Source: Nitrosopumilaceae archaeon
GTDB lineage: Archaea > Thermoproteota > Nitrososphaeria > Nitrososphaerales > Nitrosopumilaceae
Assembly: GCA_965214835.1 (NCBI GenBank)
Contig: CBDCCK010000002.1
Location: 896,001-960,000, forward strand
Direction of reading: 5' to 3'
DNA: 64,000 bases
Made by a program: the position numbers and the translations under genes. The notes beneath the pieces were generated by a model. The model saw only the letters and a program-made list of their open reading frames with translations, made no database searches and was not told the origin of the DNA. This document shows, in pieces, positions 9,265 to 18,466 of the stretch (position 1 is its first letter; each line of letters opens with the position of its first letter).

Positions 9265-9765
9265 CTATCTCGTAATCTTCTGTCTGTCTTTAATGTATTT
9301 TACAAACGGCTCCCAGTCCACCTTCATGAACTTGGTGGGATCCTTTGCCGGATACTTTACCCAGTCCTGGACTATGGAGTATTGATGCCGCTCAATTTTA
9401 CCGCCCCTTTGATACTCCACCGACAGGACACTGCCCCACGTCTTGTCCTCGTGGCCGATATCCAAGATGTCATCAAACCCCAAAACCACGTTTTTTTCAT
9501 TTTCTACATCCTCCCCAAAGTTCTCCTCGTCATATCCGTCATGAATGTTCATGACGTTTTTTGACTTGATAAGCATCACGACCTGTCTTGAGACGACTGC
9601 CTGCCACCACCTCATCTTTGCATCCGTCTTGTGGATGAAGGCCAAATGCCTGTCAGTCAGCACCAGCATGCCCTCCCTTCCCCCGATCGAGAGAAACTTC
9701 TTGGGCTCGCGCCACACCGATACTATGTGCGCCTGAATTTTCTCACCAAAATCCACATTTACCAT
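9265..9765 (-). CDS. Hypothetical protein (possible PH-like fold)
   Basis: 166 aa ORF immediately upstream of cbiE; GMLVLTDRHLAF is a bacterial PH-domain-like strand. Confidence 0.65.
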   Translation of the reverse strand: MVNVDFGEKIQAHIVSVWREPKKFLSIGGREGMLVLTDRHLAFIHKTDAKMRWWQAVVSRQVVMLIKSKNVMNIHDGYDEENFGEDVENEKNVVLGFDDILDIGHEDKTWGSVLSVEYQRGGKIERHQYSIVQDWVKYPAKDPTKFMKVDWEPFVKYIKDRQKITR

Positions 9766-9831
9766 TCACGGGCCCGCTCGTTAAAAACAATGTTGTCAGG
9801 GCTTTTATTTAACCCAGAAGGAGGGATCCTC

Positions 9832-11397
9832 ATGCGGAAACTCGTCCTCCTTGCGATTTTCAGCGCCTTTCTCGTGGGATTTTCTGGATCCAGCCACGGA
9901 CAGGCCCAGGACGTCGTCGTATTGCATACCCCGTCTGGAGAACTCGTCATAGAGTTTTTCCACGAGGATGCGCCCAACCACGTCGATAACTTCATCAGGC
10001 TGGCCGGCGAGGGGTTCTATGATCGCACCGTGTTTCACAGGATAATCTCTGGATTCATGATCCAGGGGGGCGATCCGCAAACAAAACCCGGGACATATGA
10101 TAGTACCACACAGTGGGGAACGGGAAATCCCGGATATCACATTGACGCGGAATTCAACGATATCAGTCATGTCAGGGGAATCGTCTCGATGGCAAGATCA
10201 AGTGATCCAGACAGTGCGGGCTCGCAGTTCTTTATAGTTCATAGGGATTCTGCCTTTCTAGATGGCAGCTATACCGTGTTTGGCCGGCTGGTAACGGCGG
10301 AGAGCTTTGAGACGCTTGACAGGATTGCGCAATTGGAAACCCCCCTCACACAAGGTACTGCATCACAAAACGAGCCGGGGGCCACCATTCCTGTGGACCG
10401 GGAAGGCGCCCAAATCCTCCGGGCCGAGGTACTGCCCAAATCCGAGGTCGATGATCTGATTGAGCTTGGAGAACCTGCACGCCTGGAAAACAACATCACT
10501 CTTCCTGACAACCAGGTATACTCCAACAAAAAACTGGGCGTAGAGTTCCTGGCACCTGTTGGATGGCTGCTACAGGAACCCCAAAAATCCAGGCCGGACG
10601 TTCCTGACATCGTGGCAGTAACACAGGGAACCGAGGGAATCAACCCCTCCATCTCAGTAACAATATCGTACTCTGGCGGCCAGTCACTGGACGACAAAAT
10701 AAGCGAGCGCAAGCAATCCATTCGACCGGCACTGGACTCTGGTGATCTGGAGTTGGTATCTGAGGAAAAAACCGATCTTTATGGCCGTGAAAGCTTTGTG
10801 CTGCTGGCAGACGGAACGTTTGATGACGGCGAGACCGCCGTAAATGTAAGGTTCAACGAGGTCACATTTCTTGAAAATGAAAAATTCTACGCACTAACAT
10901 ATACTGCCTCAGAAGGCGACTATGGATCCCACCTGGACGAGTTTGATCAGGCCGTAGAGACGTTCAGGACGCTTGAGGCAGAGGAGCAAACCCAAGCCAG
11001 CGCCGACGGCGGCCAGGACGGAGGGTGTCTTGTTGCAACTGCAGCATATGGCTCGGAGATGGCGCCGCAGGTTCAACTCCTCCGGGAAATCCGTGACAAC
11101 GCGGTGCTGAACACCCAGTCCGGCTCTGCATTCATGGCCGGATTCAGCCAGTTGTACTATTTGTTCTCCCCCACGGTTGCCGACTGGGAGCGGCAAAACC
11201 CCGCCTTCAAGGAGGCAGTAAGGATAGCAATTACACCACTGCTTTCCACCCTTGCGATTCTGAGCCATGTCGATATCGGCTCTGAGCACGAAATACTGGG
11301 CTATGGCCTAGGCGTTATTGCAATCAACGTCGGAATGTACCTAGTCGCGCCAGCGATGATCATCCGCAGGATTCTCAGAAAATATAATGGCGGCTAA
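9832..11397 (+). CDS. Secreted cyclophilin-type PPIase + PsbP-like domain + CFI-box-CTERM anchor
   Basis: Signal peptide from MRKLVLLA; FHRIISGFMIQGGDP and SAGSQFFI motifs; C-terminal GGCLVATAAYGSEMAPQVQLLREIRD followed by a TM helix. Confidence 0.9.
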   Translation: MRKLVLLAIFSAFLVGFSGSSHGQAQDVVVLHTPSGELVIEFFHEDAPNHVDNFIRLAGEGFYDRTVFHRIISGFMIQGGDPQTKPGTYDSTTQWGTGNPGYHIDAEFNDISHVRGIVSMARSSDPDSAGSQFFIVHRDSAFLDGSYTVFGRLVTAESFETLDRIAQLETPLTQGTASQNEPGATIPVDREGAQILRAEVLPKSEVDDLIELGEPARLENNITLPDNQVYSNKKLGVEFLAPVGWLLQEPQKSRPDVPDIVAVTQGTEGINPSISVTISYSGGQSLDDKISERKQSIRPALDSGDLELVSEEKTDLYGRESFVLLADGTFDDGETAVNVRFNEVTFLENEKFYALTYTASEGDYGSHLDEFDQAVETFRTLEAEEQTQASADGGQDGGCLVATAAYGSEMAPQVQLLREIRDNAVLNTQSGSAFMAGFSQLYYLFSPTVADWERQNPAFKEAVRIAITPLLSTLAILSHVDIGSEHEILGYGLGVIAINVGMYLVAPAMIIRRILRKYNGG

Positions 11398-11646
11398 GTC
11401 TATGATCATTCCTGGCGTACAGGGCCACCTCCTGACTGGTCGGACATGAATTTTGATGCAACCGTGATTTTCATGCCTGGCCGGCAAGAGGGCGTGACTT
11501 TGTGCCACTCCGATTCACACCGGCAAAGTGTGCCATAGTACGCACAATTGAAAATCGAACACTTTTGTGTAAAAACAGGCAACTATGTCAAATTATGATC
11601 GATTATTTTATGTTCATACTACGGCTCTACTGCGCTAGGCGGCCTA

Positions 11647-12102
11647 TCAGTCAGATTGTGCATGATCGCCAAATTTCAGAAGCTCCCTTGTTTTTACAAC
11701 GAAAATGTCTGCCATTTCTACCAGTTTCTTTCCCTGAGTTTCGGATATGGTTCCTGCTTGGCCGTACAAGGATTCATTTCGGCGCAATCTCGCCTTCCTA
11801 AATGCCCGAATGACATCTTGTGGTATTTTTGCAAAATATACCACCTCGATAAACGATACCACCGCCATGTGGTGTTCGTGACTCTTTGGCCTGTATCCAC
11901 GTGAAAACATCAATGCCCTGCCGGCCTGTAGCATCGCATTGTAGGCCGCATTGTGGGCCCAGCCCCATTCTTTAATCTCCGCCATTTTTTTAGCAGAGGC
12001 GACATCACTTATTGCAATTTGTACCTCGTTTTTGACCTGCTCGGTGTCGGCAGAGCCAAACTTTTCAACCAAATTCTTTCTTAATAGATCGCTTAAATTC
12101 AT
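11647..12102 (-). CDS. HEPN-domain protein
   Basis: AYNAMLQAGRAL...SHEHH...RLRRNESLY; overlaps the upstream MNT gene. Confidence 0.85.
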   Translation of the reverse strand: MNLSDLLRKNLVEKFGSADTEQVKNEVQIAISDVASAKKMAEIKEWGWAHNAAYNAMLQAGRALMFSRGYRPKSHEHHMAVVSFIEVVYFAKIPQDVIRAFRKARLRRNESLYGQAGTISETQGKKLVEMADIFVVKTRELLKFGDHAQSD

Positions 12103-12670
12103 TCTTGTCTCCTGCCGTCATTATTATGGGAGTCTTTAAAATTTCCCTTATCAGTGGAATCCGCTCGCTTGATTTTTGCCTGAATTCCTTTTCAGTCCAT
12201 ATTGAAATGTTGATCTCACGCCCGATATTTTTTTCAATTTTTGCAATTGAATACAGCACTGAATCCTCATTGACGTTGTCGCCGACTACCAGCATGTCCA
12301 CATCGCTTGTGGCCGTTTCCGTACCCCTTGCCACCGATCCGTATATGGCAGCGTACTTGATCCCCTCGCTGCAGTCATTACCCATCCCCTCACGTATCAC
12401 CTGTCCCACACTTTCGGTCTTGAGGAATATTCTTTTAAGATCATCCCAGATCGGAGACCTTCTCTCGGAACGGTACAGTACCATGTTTCCTTCCCTTCTG
12501 CTTTTCAGGAGACCGAGTGACTGCAGGTTGCTCAGTTCTTTTTGTGCCTGAACCGGGGAAACACCGACAACTCTTGACAGCTTGCGTATGTGGTACTCTG
12601 CATCTGGATTCAACAGAACCTGTTCAAGTATCCTTACCCTAGACTTTGATGTAAAGAGTCTCTCTAGCAT
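12065..12670 (-). CDS. wHTH-fused minimal nucleotidyltransferase (MNT)
   Basis: Likely start MLERLFTSKSRV at 12670; N-terminal wHTH, then YGSVARG...SDVDMLVV. Confidence 0.88.
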   Translation of the reverse strand: MLERLFTSKSRVRILEQVLLNPDAEYHIRKLSRVVGVSPVQAQKELSNLQSLGLLKSRREGNMVLYRSERRSPIWDDLKRIFLKTESVGQVIREGMGNDCSEGIKYAAIYGSVARGTETATSDVDMLVVGDNVNEDSVLYSIAKIEKNIGREINISIWTEKEFRQKSSERIPLIREILKTPIIMTAGDKNEFKRSIKKEFG

Positions 12671-12709
12671 TGTAAACCAAACATATACAAATGTAAATAA
12701 AAAGTTTAC
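12671..12709. promoter_or_regulatory. Putative promoter/operator of the MNT-HEPN operon
   Basis: AT-rich stretch with two imperfect palindromes 21 bp apart: TGTAAA-ccaaaca-TATACA (12671-12689) and TGTAAA-taaaaag-TTTAC (12692-12709). Confidence 0.45.
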
Positions 12710-12719
12710 GAAAGGATCT

Positions 12720-14126
12720 CCGCAGGCGATGTCAATCCACCCTCCACAGGCTTCATAGACCTCTTTTGCCTTGATTTTGGGCTCGCCGTCCCTAGTCTGC
12801 GTTGCCTGCTCTGCACCGTACTGCCTGGCGCTGTTGGAGTGTTGCTGCCAGAGCCACTTGATGTCCTCTTCTGACTGGCCGTGTGAGAGGCCGCCGCCCT
12901 CGATGATTTTTCTGGCCTCCTTGAGCAGGAGGTTCAATATCCTAGATTTCTCCCTTGGCTCGGTAAGCTGGGCGAGCAGCTGCTTGTTGTCGGTATCGCC
13001 CCCGAATATCTCTTCAAACCTGAACAGGGCGATCCGGCACAGATCCGCTTTTTTCATCTTTGGGAGCTCCGGCAGGGCATTGTATGAAAATAGTAGCCTG
13101 CCGGTAAACGTCATTGAATAGCTGTCCTGCCCTTGTGGTGCACGTAGATGTTCTCATCGCCCATGACTGGTGACTTTCACACTCGTGGATTTTAGGGCGC
13201 CCTCCGGTAAATCATAGAAGATATTGGCGTGCTTGCCGCCCAGATTCACGGCGGCAAAGCGGTCATGCTCAAGGGCCTGCCAGGGGATTGAGCTTACGGC
13301 GCTTCTGCCAAGGATTGCCTTGAGGACTTTTAGCAAGGTGCTCTTGCCGTCATGCCTGTCGCCCTGCAATAGGCAGTACTTGGGGACGCTTACCCTATTC
13401 TGCAGCAAGACGGAGGCGCAGAACTCAGAGGGCAGCCCTAGTGTCCGGATCCGGCATTATTTCCTCTAGGAATTTCAGGAATTTGGTAGACTCGCCTGCA
13501 TCCGGGACGAAATTGACGTCAAGCTGCCTGGTACTCAAAAACGGATTGTCGGGATCCTCATCTATCTTTCTGCCGGATTCTAGGTGGACGAACTCGTTCT
13601 TACAGTTCAGCAGATTGGGATCAGAATCAAAGTCCAGCCTTGAGGCCAGCGTCCTGTCCTTGATGTGTGAGATGATCTCGGAGCGCTCGTGGTTTGTCCG
13701 TGTCGGCCACGTCTGGGTTATGGCTGCCTTGAGCTCTGCCATCTCCCTTCCTGCATAGTGATAAACGCGGTTCTGTCTCAAGTAAACCTCACCGGTCTCC
13801 TTGAGTGTGATGATGTCGCGCTTTTTTCCCGCTAGGATCTGCATTGCCGTCTTGTACGGGTCAGGCCTCTCCTCCTCTGCGGATTCCTTGGGCTTCTTTT
13901 TGGTTTTCTTCTGCTGCTCCTCCAGCTGCAGGGCTGAGGCAAGCTTGGAATGTGCCATTACAGTATGTTCTATCTGCATCTTACAGTCTGCGTGTTCTGT
14001 TCTGTCCTCCTCCTTCTTGAGGTTGATCCATTTGCCGTGAGCCAAGCAGTACCGCGCGCCGTCGTCCATCTTAACCGTCCTAGTATACTCCCGGAGGTCA
14101 TGTCCCTTCTTTCTGCAGGAGCTCAA
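12720..14126 (-). pseudogene. Fragmented D5/P4-family primase-helicase (SF3)
   Basis: Three pieces: 13425-14126 (D5_N-like FDSDPNLLNCKN...KFLKFLEEI), 13154-13408 (degenerate Walker A QGDRHDGKSTLL) and about 12720-13114 (FTGRLLFSYNALP...RIALFRF). Confidence 0.8.
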
Positions 14127-14800
14127 TGCCTCGGATCATTCGTCCTTGGCATAGTCGCCATCGCAGGTGTTGCACCGGATCATCTCGATCCTCTTGCAGT
14201 CCTCACTTGACAGGAACCAAGACCTCCTGATAATAGTTGATTTTGCAGCCCCGTCGTTTGTGGCGATCCATGAGCAGGTCACCACTTAGCAGCCGATACG
14301 AGGCCGGGAACGTCCTGTTACAACCATGGCAGAAAACATAGGTTATTGATGGCCTCAAGAGTCCTCCCCCTCACCGTTTTTGGGCTCTGCATCACGTACA
14401 GAGCCAAGCCGCCTACCTGTAAGGTCGCAGATGTGGTTATCGCCTCGCCACCAGGCAACGGTCCTGTGTAATCTTCGAGACCTGAAATATGGACTTCTCT
14501 GAAATTATCATGCCTGAATCCTTCTTCTCTCAACGATGTCTGTTCCCCGTATGTCAAAAAGTCCCCTGGGTGAGAACCTGAACTGTAGCAACCGGGGCAG
14601 TTGGCTTTCTGCCGTCACCGCCTTTTCTTTGGATCGTCAGTTCGCCGAGTTTGAGGTTTCCCCTATCCGTGATTGAGGCCCCACCCATGCAACATTCTAT
14701 GACTTTGTCAATTGGCAAGACTGCCTACCTGTACGGGTGGGTTCTGTGTAATCTTCGCGATATGGATCTTCTCTGAATTGAGCTCAACCTGTTCTCTTAT

Positions 14801-14911
14801 CAGCTAAGTGAAAAGTACCCTGAAATCGAGCAAAAACAAAAACTGGGCACGAGGCGCAACGCCTCAGCAGCAAGGTAAAACAGCAAATCTCATTTACATT
14901 TCACTTAGCTG
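14801..14911. mobile_element. 111-bp MITE, family A, copy 1
   Basis: TIR CAGCTAAGTGAAA...TTTCACTTAGCTG with a 6-bp TSD TCTTAT; near-identical copy at 48996. Confidence 0.9.
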
Positions 14912-15090
14912 TCTTATGGGTCATGTAACGCTGCCGGGACGTGAGAGAATGCAATCATTCTGTATTCCTTTGTGGCCTACACTGCTTCCTAAAACAGGCA
15001 AAATACCTTTCAAATCATATGACTGAACTGATATCGGAGATGACCCGCACAGACAAATGCATTCCAAGACGATTCAAGAGTGGAACGAGC

Positions 15091-15345
15091 TCATTTCAAA
15101 TATTCGAGCAAAATCACCCTGAGTTGCTCTCTGCTCTTATCATGAAGAGGCTCGCCCGGATCAGTTCCAATAATGTTCCGCAACTTTCCTATCATAAATA
15201 TGTCCTCGACCATATTCTCAACAAGATGCTCACGTATTCTTTGCCGATCCCTGTTCTTGATCGCTGGAAGAAGTTCTCTGTATGATTCCATCTTCTTGTT
15301 CATGAAATCCAAAAAAACACCAGTTGCTTTGTCTTCTTCTTTCAT
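15091..15345 (-). CDS. Hypothetical protein (84 aa)
   Basis: Helical ORF starting 2 nt after the nuclease stop; no recognisable motif. Confidence 0.5.
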   Translation of the reverse strand: MKEEDKATGVFLDFMNKKMESYRELLPAIKNRDRQRIREHLVENMVEDIFMIGKLRNIIGTDPGEPLHDKSREQLRVILLEYLK

Positions 15346-15347
15346 GT

Positions 15348-15880
15348 CTACAGCACACTCTGTCTTCCACTCTGCCTTTTCTCTGTAACCGGCACCTGCA
15401 TGATGTTGCTGATCTGAGGCAGGTTTGGAAGCCTCCCGTCAAAATAGTCCATAATCGTGTAAATCTGAATCTTCGGATGTTCTGTACCTAGCGGCGTCTG
15501 GGTCATGCCGCCGGATGCGGCCTCCTTTTTCATTTCGGATGTGGGTTCTCTTACGCAGACAAATATGCCAAACCCCGCACCTTCGCACTCGACCGTTCCC
15601 TTGAGATCACGCACCATTGCAGGGCCTATCTGATTTCCTCCCTTTACGGAGACTATCACTTTCTCGTATTTGGGTTGTCCCCTAGAACCAGATCCTACAT
15701 GGATGTATCCCCTTCCGTCGATTCCCTTGTCCCTACCCTTCTTCTGGTTTGGCATTATGCCGTCTATCCTTGTGGCGGCCCACACCTCAAACTGGTACTT
15801 GTCACGTTTTGCCAGATCCTTTGCTGATTCGAGCGTAATCGGCATTCCCTTCACATCTGGCCTTACTCCGAATGCACTCT
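15348..15880 (-). pseudogene. Mrr-like restriction endonuclease domain, probably the C-terminal remnant of an MTase-REase fusion
   Basis: YQFEVWA...GRDKGIDGR...VIVSVKGG...MVRDLKGTV...GIFV; the 5' part is replaced by unrelated sequence next to a transposon end. Confidence 0.7.
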
Positions 15881-16094
15881 TCATGCGACGGTGCACTGGA
15901 CGGCCAGACCCCGGCAGAATCGGCCCTGATAAGCGTGGACGGCACAAACAAGTGGATGACGATAATCCAGAACGCCTCACTAAGTAAAAATTCAGCCTAG
16001 TCGTAAAAATCGAATCTGAAGAAGATCCATATTTCAGGTCTCGAAGATTACACAGAACCCAGGCATGTGGGATCCGAAAAGTAGTTCACCCCCC

Positions 16095-17060
16095 CTATCT
16101 GACATGATATTCCTCCCTGGTCTGCCCATCTATGACCGTTTCGCCCGCAGGGGGCATCTTGCGCTCATATGCCTGCGCCGGCGTCTCCCGGTTCTCCCGG
16201 TCAAGGGACATGTGGGGCCTGTCGTAGTTGTACCATTTCATGAACAGATCCATGGGATCGCTTGTTCTCATCATGATATCCTCAAACTCGTGCAGCTTGC
16301 GCTGTATCTCGCCGTGCAGCCTCTCGACCTTGCCGTTTGTCTGCGGGTGGCGCACCCCGGCAAGGACCTGCCGTATGCCTAGGGCCTCCAGGCTCTCCTC
16401 GAACTCGCTGTGCCCCCTCTTTGCGCCCTGTTTTTCGTTTGCATAGAACTGGCTTCCGTGGTCCGTCATTATGGAGGCGGGCCTGCCGTGCTTCTGCATG
16501 GCCCCGTCAAGCACCTTGAGGGCGTTTTCTGTAGTCGCGTTGTCAAATATGCCGTATCCGGTCACGAACCGGGATGCGTCGTCCTCGTAGCACAAAAACC
16601 ACCTGCCATCGTGCATTCCGCCGTGTATCTGCTTCCAATCGGTGTGCCACATGGAGTTGGAATACTCCATCTCCCAGCGCAGCCACCTGCGTTTTCTGCG
16701 CCCGTTGGGCTCGTCTCTGGCCATCCCTTCGTCCTTTAGCATGCCGTGCAGTGTATGTCGCGGGATATTAATCCCGGTCTTTTCCCTTATGAGATCCTGC
16801 AGGGATGCCGCACCCAGGTGCTCGGAGGGTCGCACCGAGAGGACCGCCGAGTGCTCCCTGCGCCCGGGCATGCCGTTCTGGGGCCTTCCCATCCGTGCGG
16901 GGTGCGATATGTCCTGTATGGTGCCTGACCTGTGCCGGGCCCACAGTTTCTGTACCCAGCGGACCGAGACGTTCATGGATTCGGCTATCTGGGCGTTTGT
17001 CATGTCTCCCTTTTGCTTTTGGCGTACTATCCACTGTACGCCTGACTTGTTTAGATTCAT
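16095..17060 (-). CDS. IS481-family transposase (copy A)
   Basis: HTH plus WHTDWK, EDDASR, TDHGSQF and PQTNGKVERLH. IRs TCCRAAAAGTAGTTCACCCC near 16073 and 17187-17206. Confidence 0.9.
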   Translation of the reverse strand: MNLNKSGVQWIVRQKQKGDMTNAQIAESMNVSVRWVQKLWARHRSGTIQDISHPARMGRPQNGMPGRREHSAVLSVRPSEHLGAASLQDLIREKTGINIPRHTLHGMLKDEGMARDEPNGRRKRRWLRWEMEYSNSMWHTDWKQIHGGMHDGRWFLCYEDDASRFVTGYGIFDNATTENALKVLDGAMQKHGRPASIMTDHGSQFYANEKQGAKRGHSEFEESLEALGIRQVLAGVRHPQTNGKVERLHGEIQRKLHEFEDIMMRTSDPMDLFMKWYNYDRPHMSLDRENRETPAQAYERKMPPAGETVIDGQTREEYHVR

Positions 17061-17209
17061 GTTGTTGGGGCGTGCAAGACTGACGTATTTACCAGCCCTT
17101 TTGCGCCAGACCCACACACCCTTGTTTCCAGTGGCATGCATGAGGCCCGTGCATCTGATCCTTACCGACTTTACACCCTCGGAGAAGGGGTGAACTACTT
17201 TTTGGATTA

Positions 17210-18177
17210 TAGATCGCACCATCACCGGTGTCCTCCTCCATCCATTTTGGGTTGCTTTTCCTGATCGCATCTGTGGCCTCCCTGTCGGAGAATGCTCGCA
17301 GCGGCGTCTCGTAGTTGTCTATATCCAGCGACCAGTGCAGCCTGTCCTCGTTGTAGTAGCCTATGTATGCAGACAGGCTCTCGTGGTTCCATATCTCCTC
17401 CTCGATGCTCCGATGGAAGCGTTCCAGCTTGCCGTTGGTCTGTGGGTGGTACGGCCTGGAGTTTATCAGCTCGATTCCGCAGTTGAGCAGCTCCTCCTCA
17501 AAGGCAGTGGGCCTCCACACGCCCTTGGGCGGACTCTTCTTTTTCTTTGGATCCGAGCGCGCCCCGACAAAGCACTTGCCGTTGTCTGATAAAATGGTTG
17601 CAGGCGCGCCGAACTGGGCCACGGCCTGCCGCAGGACCGCCACGACGTTCTCCGAGGTGGCCTCCCTGAACAGGCCCGCACCGGTCACGCACCGGGACGA
17701 ATCGTCCAGAAACGTGACTAGGTTGAGCCCTACAAAGCGCGGATCCTTCATGGTATGCCAGTCCACGTGCCACATGGCGTTGGAGTACCTGCGCTCAAAG
17801 CGGACGTATTTCCGGGGTCTGGATTTTGCAGGCGACGGCGTCACCAGCCCGTGCTCACTCATTATCCTGTATACCTCGCAGTAGCTTATATCGTGTTGTC
17901 TTCGCAGCCTCCTGGCCGTATGAACAACGCCTGCTGCACTGTGCTTGTGCTCCTCTAGGACGGCGCGCACGACACTGTCGGGAACCGGGGCGTTCCTTTT
18001 TCTTCCCGGCCTGAGCGGCACGTGGTGCGCACCACCCGTCTTCCTGAACCGGGCGTACATCCGCTGGACGTGTCTTTTTGTGACGCCTATCTCGGCGGCC
18101 ACCTCCGAGGGCCTTCGTCCCTTGGCACACTGCGTTACTGCGTATCTGATCTGCCTTGCCTTGAGCCTTGCAACCAT
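17210..18177 (-). CDS. IS481-family transposase (copy B; 3' end cut by copy A)
   Basis: WHVDWH, LDDSSR, SDNG and PQTNGKLERFH. The IR at 18233-18253 has only a partial partner (TAGATCGCAC) at 17210-17219. Confidence 0.88.
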
Positions 18178-18321
18178 CGGCTTTCTTGATCGGTAAAGCC
18201 TAAAGTAATCCTTTGCAATCCTCTTCAAATTAGTGCGATCTAATTTTCGTACAATAGAGATGTTGGGCATTGGCATGATTTTAGTTCAATTCAATATATT
18301 ACAGAAGGCAAAGAATGACAA

Positions 18322-18412
18322 CGATAGCGTTAGGGTACCGGTATGCCCTGCCGAGCTCAGACCTCGGTGGCGCCGACACACCATAGGGGTTCGAATCCCC
18401 TCGCTATCGCTA
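18322..18412 (+). tRNA. Atypical type-II tRNA(-like) gene with anticodon CAG
   Basis: Acceptor (C)GATAGCG/CGCTATC(G); D arm AGGGTA-CCGGTA-TGCCCT; anticodon arm CCGAG-CTCAGAC-CTCGG; 17-nt variable region; T arm AGGGG-TTCGAAT-CCCCT. A TATA-like AATATATTA lies at about 18293-18301. Confidence 0.8.
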
Positions 18413-18466
18413 TAATCTACTGGAGATGTTTCTTATAAAAAAGGTTGGGTTTGGGCGGTTTGTAAG

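Larger units (their letters stand above)
14460..16060. repeat. Three copies of a ~45-bp transposon-end-like repeat
   Basis: GGTYCTGTGTAATCTTCG...ATATGGA..TTCT at 14460-14503 and 14739-14778 (direct) and at 16013-16060 (inverted). Confidence 0.8.

Noticed and set aside
9631-9831. N-terminal extension of the cyclophilin ORF
   Set aside because: It overlaps the divergent gene; the signal peptide begins at the ATG at 9832 after a GGAGG.
12065-13114. 349 aa ORF as a genuine helicase-MNT fusion
   Set aside because: The upstream 148 codons are a D5 pseudogene fragment plus an AT-rich promoter-like stretch; MLERLF at 12670 is a natural start.
18322-18412. Calling the tRNA a tRNA-Sec
   Set aside because: The 7-nt loop CTCAGAC places CAG, not TCA, at the anticodon positions. 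The archaeal 9/4 fold cannot form, and no sel genes are in the window.
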